From an uncultured Ignavibacteriales bacterium (GTDB taxonomy: Bacteria; Bacteroidota; Ignavibacteria; Ignavibacteriales; Ignavibacteriaceae), in NCBI GenBank assembly GCA_963746735.1, contig CAVVCO010000013.1, positions 51,253 to 115,252 of the forward strand: a DNA stretch of 64,000 nt, written 5' to 3'. Below are positions 57,019-64,000 of the stretch, in pieces. A model generated the notes under the pieces. The model was not told the origin of the DNA, made no database searches, and worked only from the letters and a program-made list of their open reading frames with translations. Each line of letters opens with the position of its first letter. Position 1 is the stretch's first letter. A program made the translations under genes and the position numbers.

Positions 57019-57957
57019 ATGAAAACGATTATAATATTACTAATTCATTTATCATTATATAATTTATCCTTTGCACAAGAAAAATATGTTACTATAACAA
57101 TGGACGACTTGTTCTATGCATTTGACGGCAGCTCAATAGATAAAATAGAAAATGCATCCGATTCACTTTTATATTCCATTACTAAACTAAATATTCCGGT
57201 TACCGTTTTTGTTAATGAAAAATCATTAATCAAAGAAGGAGAAACTGACCGGAGACTTTCACTGCTTAAAAAATGGGTTAGTAATCCGCAAGTAACAATA
57301 GGTAATCATACATACAGTCATATCAATTATGCTGATACAACACTTTCTGCTTTTGAGGATGATATTATTCAAGGTGAAGCATTAACAAAAGAACTATTAA
57401 AGAAAGAAAATAAAAAACTTAAATACTTCCGATTTCCTTTTAACTGTACCGGAAAGGACAGCATTTCAAAAGCGGAAATTTATGACTTTCTAAATCATAG
57501 AGGATATGTAATTGCTCCATTTACTATTGAAAGCTCGGATTACATGTATAACGCTTTATATACTAAATATATCAAAGAGGGAAATACAAAAGCAGCAAAT
57601 GAAATCATTGAGGAATATATCGGTTTTACAATTAAGCTCTTCCAATTCTTTGATGAAGCGGCAAATAAAATTTTCGGCAGAAATATCCGGCAGATTTATT
57701 TATGCCATACAAATTTGTTAAATGCAGCGTCGTTTAATAAATTAATAAATACTCTGAAACAGCAAGGCTACTCGTTTATTAGTCTGAATAAAACACTTGA
57801 TGATAAAATATATCAGAGCAAAGATTATTATTTTCAAAAGTTCGGAATTTCTTGGTTCTATCGCTGGATTAAAAATAAAGATGAGAGAATAAAACTTATG
57901 AGACAAGAACCGGAGGATACAAATATAGAAGAGAGATATAATAAATTAGCTGATTAA
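57019..57957 (+). CDS. Polysaccharide deacetylase (NodB homology domain), secreted
   Basis: Signal peptide. VTITMDDLF is TFDD-like motif 1 and GNHTYSH is the HxxxxH motif 2. Confidence 0.75.
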   Translation: MKTIIILLIHLSLYNLSFAQEKYVTITMDDLFYAFDGSSIDKIENASDSLLYSITKLNIPVTVFVNEKSLIKEGETDRRLSLLKKWVSNPQVTIGNHTYSHINYADTTLSAFEDDIIQGEALTKELLKKENKKLKYFRFPFNCTGKDSISKAEIYDFLNHRGYVIAPFTIESSDYMYNALYTKYIKEGNTKAANEIIEEYIGFTIKLFQFFDEAANKIFGRNIRQIYLCHTNLLNAASFNKLINTLKQQGYSFISLNKTLDDKIYQSKDYYFQKFGISWFYRWIKNKDERIKLMRQEPEDTNIEERYNKLAD

Positions 57958-58015
57958 TCTTATTATGAATTTACATAATTGTTTCATTCTTTAAGAAGAA
58001 ACACAATTTAAAACA

Positions 58016-58068
58016 CGCCTAATTTCTTTAATCCACCAGGGGCGGAATCGTAAGTAAAAAGGTAAGTT
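58016..58068. repeat. Left copy of a ~53-bp direct repeat flanking the HEPN-NTase cassette
   Basis: GCCTAATTTCTTTAATCCACCAGGGGCGGAATCGTAAGTAAAAAGGTAAGTT. The 39-nt core (58030-58068) matches 58908-58946 at 35/39 positions. Confidence 0.75.
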
Positions 58069-58198
58069 CTATTTGATGTTAGAAAATAACTTCCTTGTTA
58101 TGAAATGCATCTTAATTGCATGCCAATAGAGAATTTGAAAAGAATGAGTAATATTTCTTAATTTTCATTAGATTTGCTTATAAATATTTACTCTAAAT

Positions 58199-58591
58199 AT
58201 GACAAAAAATGAACATATAAAATATTGGATAGAAAGCGCTGATCATGATCTCGATACTTCAAATACTTTATTTGAAGCAGGCAAGTATGATTGGTCTCTT
58301 TTTGTTGGTCATTTAGTCTTAGAGAAATTATTAAAAGCAGTTTATGTGCAAAATAATGATAATAAAATACCTCCTAAACTTCATAACCTAGTGCGTCTGG
58401 CAGAGATATCAAAGATTGGATTAGATGAGGATCAAAAAATGATGCTTGACAAAATTAATGATTTCAACATTGAAGTAAGGTATCCTGAATATAAGAACGA
58501 ATTTTATAAATTGTGCACAAAAGAATTTGCTGAAGAAAATGTCAATAAAATTAAAGAGTTGTATCGATGGATAAAATCCCGGATAAAATAA
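58199..58591 (+). CDS. HEPN domain protein
   Basis: 130 aa, helical. HLVLEKLLKAVY...KLHNLVRLAE...IEVRYPEY is PF05168-like. Confidence 0.75.
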   Translation: MTKNEHIKYWIESADHDLDTSNTLFEAGKYDWSLFVGHLVLEKLLKAVYVQNNDNKIPPKLHNLVRLAEISKIGLDEDQKMMLDKINDFNIEVRYPEYKNEFYKLCTKEFAEENVNKIKELYRWIKSRIK

Positions 58592-58884
58592 AAGAAATTA
58601 TAGATAGATATATTTCTCAATTAAGAGCGAATAACATTTCAATTGAAAATGCTTATTTATTTGGAAGTTATGCTAAAGGTGAAAATCGAAAATGGAGCGA
58701 TATTGATATAGCAATTGTTTCAAATTCTTTTGAAGGGAATCGAATAAAAGACAAAGATAAAATTAGAAAAATAACCTTATCTGTTAGTTCAAGTTTAGAA
58801 ATCCTTCCGTTTAAACCTTCGGATTTTTCATTTGAAAATCCATTAGCCAGAGAGATAATTGAAACAGGCATTAGGTTAGTTTAA
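58567..58884 (+). CDS. Minimal nucleotidyltransferase (MNT) domain protein
   Basis: AYLFGSYAKGENRKWSDIDIAIVS (GS...DxD). It overlaps the HEPN gene by 25 nt. Confidence 0.8.
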   Translation: MDKIPDKIKEIIDRYISQLRANNISIENAYLFGSYAKGENRKWSDIDIAIVSNSFEGNRIKDKDKIRKITLSVSSSLEILPFKPSDFSFENPLAREIIETGIRLV

Positions 58885-58893
58885 TAAGAAAGC

Positions 58894-58946
58894 TGCCTAA
58901 CATCATGAATCCACCAGAGGCGGACGCGTAAGTAAAAAGTTAAGTT
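58894..58946. repeat. Right copy of the ~53-bp direct repeat
   Basis: GCCTAACATCATGAATCCACCAGAGGCGGACGCGTAAGTAAAAAGTTAAGTT, starting 10 nt after the MNT stop. Confidence 0.75.
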
Positions 58947-59191
58947 TATGTAACAGTATTTCAATTCTAAAGTATTCCTTTCATTTTAAAATCCAATCTT
59001 TCCTGTTGAAACAATAAACGATTTCACAAAAAACCATTAATAGAATTTCTTCTTTCAAATAGTTTTACTATTATCCAATTCAGCTTTCCAAAGTTCGATA
59101 TCTTAAAAAGTAAATCACGTTATCACTTTCTATCCCATTTCTTGCGTTATAGTGTGAGGGTAAGAATATTTATTAAAGAAAGGTAGAGAAA

Positions 59192-61813
59192 ATGAAAAAA
59201 TTTACGCTATTGCTGTTTTTTATTGCCATTTGTCCAATTGTGCTGGCACAGTCTTCTGAGACAAAGCAAGACCCTTTACAAGGACACTATAACATGGGGA
59301 CGTCTGACGAGATAGCTCTTTTTTGGCGAAACTCTAATGATGGTAATGTGGCAAAGCACCAGGTTCTTGACTATTATGGAAATTCAGGCCAGTATTTTAT
59401 AGATTCTTCAGCAAGAGGAGTTTACACCGGTAATCTGGGGGCCGGAGAAAATGGTTATTACCCTGGAACCACATTTGGCGCTATAACGGGAGATTTTAAC
59501 GGTGATGGATATGATAACATAATTGCTGCATGGGAAACAAAAGATAGTTCAATAAATATTGTAGTACCTAAAAATATTGATAAAAAAAGTCTAACCTGGA
59601 ATGATGAAAATTCATTGACGCTTACAAATGTGCTTCATTACACTCCCGGTGTTTCAACTAATAAATTCAAATTGATAAAAGGATTTTTTGATGGAACCGG
59701 AAGGCCGGGTTTTGCGTTGGCTTTCTGGAACAAAGACGGTAACATAGAAATAAGAGTTTATGATGTTGATCCGAATACATTAATGCCGGTTGAAAAAGCT
59801 AAGATTGCAGATGTGTATAATGATCCTTCATTAGATAACTCTGGAATATATGATATAGCAGCAGGTGATTTTGACGGCGACGGCAGGGATGAAATTGTAT
59901 TGATAAACTATACCGAACGTTCTGATCATGATTGGAATATATCTGCAAAAATTTATGATTATGTTGAAAACAACGGCAGCTTTACCTTAGTGCCAAAAGC
60001 AGAGAAAGACGACTATTTTACCCAAAATGATTTTTTTGATTCATACCATCACATCAATAATTTATTAGTTGCCGCAGGCGATTTTAAAAATAATACACTT
60101 GACCAGTTTGTAGTTGATTTTGTTCTTTATAGAAGCGGCTCGGAAACCTATAACAAAATGCTTCCAGCGTCGGTTACAATGAATTTAGATACCATTAAAG
60201 TCGATAAAAATAATTTAAAAGATATTTTTCAAACTCTGGGGACACAAACTATCGCTATTAATTTAGTTACAGGCGATATTAATAATGACGGAAAAGATGA
60301 AATTGTAATTAATGGAGACGGAAGATTAAGAATTTATGATATTGATACCACTTTAGCTATACAAGGTTATACAAGTGGAGATTACGGCTCAAGTGATAGA
60401 ATACCCACAAATCTAGTGCTTGCTGATTTAGATGCCAGCACAGCAGACTCAATATGGAATCCTGAAATTATTTCTGCATCAACTCTATATTATCAGCCGG
60501 ATAGCGGGCCGAGCTATACAACATTTACAATAACTGTTTTTGAACCAACAGTTGATGCCTCGGGAGATATAATTGCTCTAAATAAAAGAGCTACAATGAC
60601 GGTTGATTCCACAAACGGATCGCGATCATTTTATTGGGGAATAACAGCTGGAGATTTTGACGGAGGAGGAATAAAATTAGGAACACCAAGCTATTTTAGT
60701 GCAACAGATATTGTGCAGCCATTGGTTATTCTTAACGCGCCGCCAACTCATTTTGATGTTTTAAACGGAGTTAGTTATGATGTTAATGAAAGCTATAATG
60801 GACAAGCAAGCAATTTTTTTTCAAAATATTATACATCATCTGAAACCGATATAGAGGTTGAATCCGAATTGCATAAAGGATGGAGTGTGGGAACAAAAAT
60901 AAAGGGAGGCTTTACAATACCTATTGTTGATGTTGGAGTAAAAGTAAAAGTTGAAGCAAATTACGGTAAAAATTTTTCGAAGCAAAACTTTAACAGGAAC
61001 ACTTATAAAGTAAGCCAAAATATCTCTGCCAGTAATGATGATTACTTATATGCAACAATAGTTGATTATGATATTTGGGAATATCCGATTATTGCAAATG
61101 ATACAGTTCAAGGATATACTTTAGTCGTTTCACCAAGCCCACCGAAAAAAGCATGGTTCCCTAGTAAAAGCCCTCAAGCCGCAGATTATTTACCGGATCA
61201 TGAAGTTGGAAATATTCTTTCTTACAGGCAGTTGGCATCACCATCTGATAACGCTGCTTTACAGACAGCAGTAAAATGGAACACTTCTGATGAAATAACA
61301 CTTGACGGTTCGCCCGGCTTCGAATATAATTGGTCGCTAGAAAATGAAACCCAAACTCAAACTACAGTCACAAATGAGGTACATTGGGATGTTAACTCAT
61401 CCGCCAGTTTTGATATTCCATTTAAATTTATTCCGGATATTGAAATTCACGGAAGCTACGAACAAAGTAAAATATCAACTAGAACTAATAGGGTTACATA
61501 TAAAAAAGGACTTGATGTTCACCTCGGTCCAATTGATCTGGGAATAGGTGAAACTTATTATTCGGTACAGCCCTATGCATATTGGGCAAAGAGCGGTGCT
61601 TTAGTTTTAGATTATGCTGTTAATCCGCGTCCATCAGGAATTAATGTTCCACAAACCTGGTGGCAGAAAGAATACAGCAACAAACCTGATCCTGCATTAA
61701 TTCTTCCCTGGAGATTAGATCCTGAAAAAGGATTTAACATACCGGAAGACAAAAGACAGCAGACAAAGAAATACTTTTTACTCCTGATAAACCAAAGAAA
61801 GGTGAAACAATAA
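59192..61813 (+). CDS. Large secreted FG-GAP/VCBS-repeat protein, main fragment (frameshifted near 61766)
   Basis: Signal peptide. Repeated integrin-alpha-like Ca-binding loops: GDFNGDGYDN, GDFDGDGRDEIV, GDINNDGKDEIV and GDFDGGG. Confidence 0.75.
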   Translation: MKKFTLLLFFIAICPIVLAQSSETKQDPLQGHYNMGTSDEIALFWRNSNDGNVAKHQVLDYYGNSGQYFIDSSARGVYTGNLGAGENGYYPGTTFGAITGDFNGDGYDNIIAAWETKDSSINIVVPKNIDKKSLTWNDENSLTLTNVLHYTPGVSTNKFKLIKGFFDGTGRPGFALAFWNKDGNIEIRVYDVDPNTLMPVEKAKIADVYNDPSLDNSGIYDIAAGDFDGDGRDEIVLINYTERSDHDWNISAKIYDYVENNGSFTLVPKAEKDDYFTQNDFFDSYHHINNLLVAAGDFKNNTLDQFVVDFVLYRSGSETYNKMLPASVTMNLDTIKVDKNNLKDIFQTLGTQTIAINLVTGDINNDGKDEIVINGDGRLRIYDIDTTLAIQGYTSGDYGSSDRIPTNLVLADLDASTADSIWNPEIISASTLYYQPDSGPSYTTFTITVFEPTVDASGDIIALNKRATMTVDSTNGSRSFYWGITAGDFDGGGIKLGTPSYFSATDIVQPLVILNAPPTHFDVLNGVSYDVNESYNGQASNFFSKYYTSSETDIEVESELHKGWSVGTKIKGGFTIPIVDVGVKVKVEANYGKNFSKQNFNRNTYKVSQNISASNDDYLYATIVDYDIWEYPIIANDTVQGYTLVVSPSPPKKAWFPSKSPQAADYLPDHEVGNILSYRQLASPSDNAALQTAVKWNTSDEITLDGSPGFEYNWSLENETQTQTTVTNEVHWDVNSSASFDIPFKFIPDIEIHGSYEQSKISTRTNRVTYKKGLDVHLGPIDLGIGETYYSVQPYAYWAKSGALVLDYAVNPRPSGINVPQTWWQKEYSNKPDPALILPWRLDPEKGFNIPEDKRQQTKKYFLLLINQRKVKQ

Positions 61814-62415
61814 ACATCAAAACAAGAATACATAATTACAGTTTATTAAATACTGCCGGGACGGTAAACGTTAGATTTTATGTAGGAGATCCCGACAGCG
61901 GTGGAACATTAATTCAAAGTACCGATGGTAAAACTGAGTTTACTACTGATGATTTTATTCCGGCTAGAGGAAGTAAAATTATCAGCTTTGATTGGAAACT
62001 TCCGGATAATTTGCCTTTTTATCCAAGGATCTATGTTGTTATTGATCCTGAAAATCAAATAGATGAGATTCATGAAAGTAATAATAAAGGCTGGGAAGTG
62101 CTTGCTTATGCAGAAGGCACAACCGGAGTTAATGATAAAGAGAATGTTCCGGCTGCGTTTAAATTAAGTCAAAATTATCCAAATCCATTTAATCCAGTTA
62201 CGACTATAAATTATTCAATTCCATCAAACGGAAATGTACAATTAAAAGTTTATGACATACTCGGAAGAGAAGTTGCTTCACTTGTAAATGAAACTAAGAC
62301 ACCCGGTAATTATAAAGTAAACTTTAATGCAAACAATCTTGCAAGCGGAGTTTATTTCTACAGACTGCAAGCTGGGAATTTTATTCAAACTAAGAAAATG
62401 ATTTTAATGAAATGA
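61768..62415 (+). CDS. C-terminal fragment of the FG-GAP protein: CARDB-like domain plus T9SS sorting domain
   Basis: The frame open from 61738 reads ...EILFTPDKPKKGETINIKTRIHNYSLLNTAGTVNVRFYVGDP... and ends NYPNPFNPVTTINYSIP...GVYFYRLQAGNFIQTKKMILMK. Reading A3 as A4 at 61764-61766 joins it to the upstream ORF. Confidence 0.75.
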   Translation, partial: EILFTPDKPKKGETINIKTRIHNYSLLNTAGTVNVRFYVGDPDSGGTLIQSTDGKTEFTTDDFIPARGSKIISFDWKLPDNLPFYPRIYVVIDPENQIDEIHESNNKGWEVLAYAEGTTGVNDKENVPAAFKLSQNYPNPFNPVTTINYSIPSNGNVQLKVYDILGREVASLVNETKTPGNYKVNFNANNLASGVYFYRLQAGNFIQTKKMILMK

Positions 62416-62474
62416 TCTAATATTTTGTAAGTAAAATGAGACTGTAAAATAATTTGTGTAAATGGCATTATTCA

Positions 62475-63707
62475 TTAGAGGAAAGGCTCCAGTCTTTCCT
62501 CAAAGTTAATAGAAAAATTGGAAAGAACAATAGCCCAGTTTCTAATCGGCATAGTCCATTTTTTAGATAAATCTCTGTAAGCAAGATACAGCATTTTTTT
62601 GAGTGCATCATCATTCGGGAACAATGATCTTGCCTTGGTTACTTTTCTGAACTGGCGGTGTACCGCTTCAACAGCATTGGTTGTGTAAATTATAGTTCTG
62701 ATTTCTTTAGGGTACTTGAAAAAGGTTGCCAGATTATTCCAGTTACCTCTCCAGGATTTTAGAGCCAATGAATATTTTTTAGACCAGTTATCTTCAAGTA
62801 AATTTAAATTCTCTAAAGCAGCTTCTTCTGTGGGTGCAGAGTAAACAGTTTTTAATTGTTTCATAAATTCTTTCTGATCTTTAGAGGCAATATATTTTAG
62901 AGTATTGCGGATTTGATGTATCACGCAAAGCTGGATTTCTGTTTTAGGAAAAATAGTTTGTATAGCTTCGGGAAAGCCTCTCAATCCATCAATGCAAGCA
63001 ATCAGAATATCTTGAACTCCGCGATTCCTAAGCTCTGTAAGAACGCTCAACCAGAAGTTGGCTCCTTCAGCTTCGCCGACCCAAAGGCCAAGTAGATCTT
63101 TTCTGCCGCTAAGTTCTACTCCCAGACACGTATAGGCAGCCTTTGAGGCCACTTTCTTTGTTGATTCGTCTCTTACTTTGTAATGGATAGCATCAAAGAA
63201 AACTATTGGATAAATCCCTTCAAGAGGACGATTCTGCCACTCTGTTGCAATGTGAACTATCTTATCAGTAATATTGGAAATCAAGGTGGCTGAAACATCT
63301 AAGCCATACATCTCTTGAACATGTGATTGTATATCTCTGGTAGTCATTCCTTTTGCGTACATAGAGATTATCTTATCCTCAATAGGGCCTATGGTTCTTT
63401 CATACTTCTTGACAATGATTGGATCAAATTCTCCATTACGGTCTCGTGGAACGGTAATCTCGATTTCTCCATTATCGTTCTTCAGAGTCTTACGGGTTTT
63501 TCCATTTCTGCTATTGCCGTTATTCTTTCCGGCTGGGGAATATTTTTCATAGCCGAGTTGTTCGGTTAGCTCAGCTTCCAGCATCTGTTCTAAGGATTTT
63601 GCCATTAGCTTTTTAATAGCTCCATCCTTACCCATTAAATCATTGTAATTTTTGGCTTTGGCTAGATCGGCTTTTAACTGCTCGATCATTTCATCGGTGA
63701 GTTCCAT
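62475..63707 (-). CDS. IS256-family (Mutator-type) transposase
   Basis: 410 aa. The N-terminus MAKSLEQMLEAELTEQLGYEKYSP...NSRNGKTRKTL and the DDE region (VFFDAIHYKVR...ACIDGLRGFPEAI...CVIHQIRN...YTTNAVE) are characteristic of IS256. Confidence 0.9.
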   Translation of the reverse strand: MELTDEMIEQLKADLAKAKNYNDLMGKDGAIKKLMAKSLEQMLEAELTEQLGYEKYSPAGKNNGNSRNGKTRKTLKNDNGEIEITVPRDRNGEFDPIIVKKYERTIGPIEDKIISMYAKGMTTRDIQSHVQEMYGLDVSATLISNITDKIVHIATEWQNRPLEGIYPIVFFDAIHYKVRDESTKKVASKAAYTCLGVELSGRKDLLGLWVGEAEGANFWLSVLTELRNRGVQDILIACIDGLRGFPEAIQTIFPKTEIQLCVIHQIRNTLKYIASKDQKEFMKQLKTVYSAPTEEAALENLNLLEDNWSKKYSLALKSWRGNWNNLATFFKYPKEIRTIIYTTNAVEAVHRQFRKVTKARSLFPNDDALKKMLYLAYRDLSKKWTMPIRNWAIVLSNFSINFEERLEPFL

Positions 63708-63781
63708 GATGTGTAAACTCCTTTTGGATTTAAGTTAAACATATTATTTATTTTCCCAAAAGCAATATCGCTTTCGAGTGC

Positions 63782-63826
63782 AGAGGATAAGTGCTGCTCC
63801 GCTACGCTCCGCAGCACTTATCCTCT
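63782..63826 (-). other. Perfect 16-bp stem hairpin in the IS256 leader
   Basis: AGAGGATAAGTGCTGC - 13 nt - GCAGCACTTATCCTCT, located between the right inverted repeat and the transposase ATG (63707). Confidence 0.7.
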
Positions 63827-63901
63827 AATCTTTGTTTAACCATTTACACAAAATTCTTTACACTACTAGTAAAATTACATTCAACTAAATTATTGTTACT
63901 T

Positions 63902-63933
63902 AAAGCCTCTATTTAAATATTGATAGAGGCTTT
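63902..63933 (+). terminator. Hairpin terminator, probably belonging to the FG-GAP gene before the IS insertion
   Basis: AAAGCCTCTAT - 10 nt - ATAGAGGCTTT, an 11-bp perfect stem. It would lie about 50 nt after the stop at 62415 if the IS and one TSD copy are removed. Confidence 0.6.
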
Positions 63934-64000
63934 CCATTTATTCTAGTACAAATAGACTATTGATTTTAATAATAAAAAAGTTGATGTTCAACCAAAGTAA

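Larger units (their letters stand above)
62438..63867 (-). mobile_element. IS256-family insertion sequence (~1430 bp) with 8-bp target-site duplication
   Basis: The imperfect terminal inverted repeats are ...CTGTAAAATAATTTGTGTAAATGG (62442-62465) and CCATTTACACAAAATTCTTTACAC (63840-63863), with about 20/28 matches including 13 contiguous. The element is flanked by AGTAAAAT at 62430-62437 and 63868-63875. Confidence 0.8.

Noticed and set aside
58030-58050. AATCCACCAGRGGCGGA in the direct repeats as the 3' end of a tRNA gene (att site of a tRNA-integrated island)
   Set aside because: It superficially resembles a T-loop end plus acceptor strand. However, no complementary T-stem (GGTGG) or 5' acceptor/anticodon arms exist upstream in either copy. 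The repeat similarity also continues about 20 nt beyond where a tRNA would end.

Overview
AT-rich 64-kb chromosomal segment, probably from an FCB-group bacterium (Ignavibacteriota/Bacteroidota-like). Supporting signs are two T9SS C-terminal sorting domains, a fused CcoNO cbb3 oxidase and LytS/LytTR systems. All family calls come from motifs read in the supplied translations; no database search was run. The first 51 kb is mostly core metabolism: a cbb3 oxidase biogenesis cluster (ccoI-S-NO-Q-P-G-fixH), HU, rseP-dxr, an ECF sigma/anti-sigma pair, clpX, PFOR with a peroxiredoxin and a DHOD-like gene, an acetate cluster (porin-satP-acs-pat-acuB-acuC) next to a LytS/LytTR pair, lhgO and a cyclophilin. 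Short GC-rich palindromic (REP/MITE-like) elements sit between these genes. The accessory part is about 51.3-63.9 kb. It holds a ~334-bp degenerate 21-bp tandem array and a four-gene operon: a small unknown ORF, two divergent UG/Abi-like reverse transcriptases separated by a structured 201-nt spacer, and a coupled RecB/Cas4-type PD-(D/E)xK nuclease. It also holds a HEPN-nucleotidyltransferase cassette bracketed by ~53-bp direct repeats, a large FG-GAP/T9SS surface protein, and an IS256-family element with an 8-bp target duplication. The dual-RT/nuclease operon is the best candidate for an undescribed defence system; it resembles DRT type 3 but has extra parts. At least eight reading-frame breaks interrupt otherwise intact genes. 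Most are 1-nt length changes in homopolymer runs, so assembly or sequencing error is likely for most of them.
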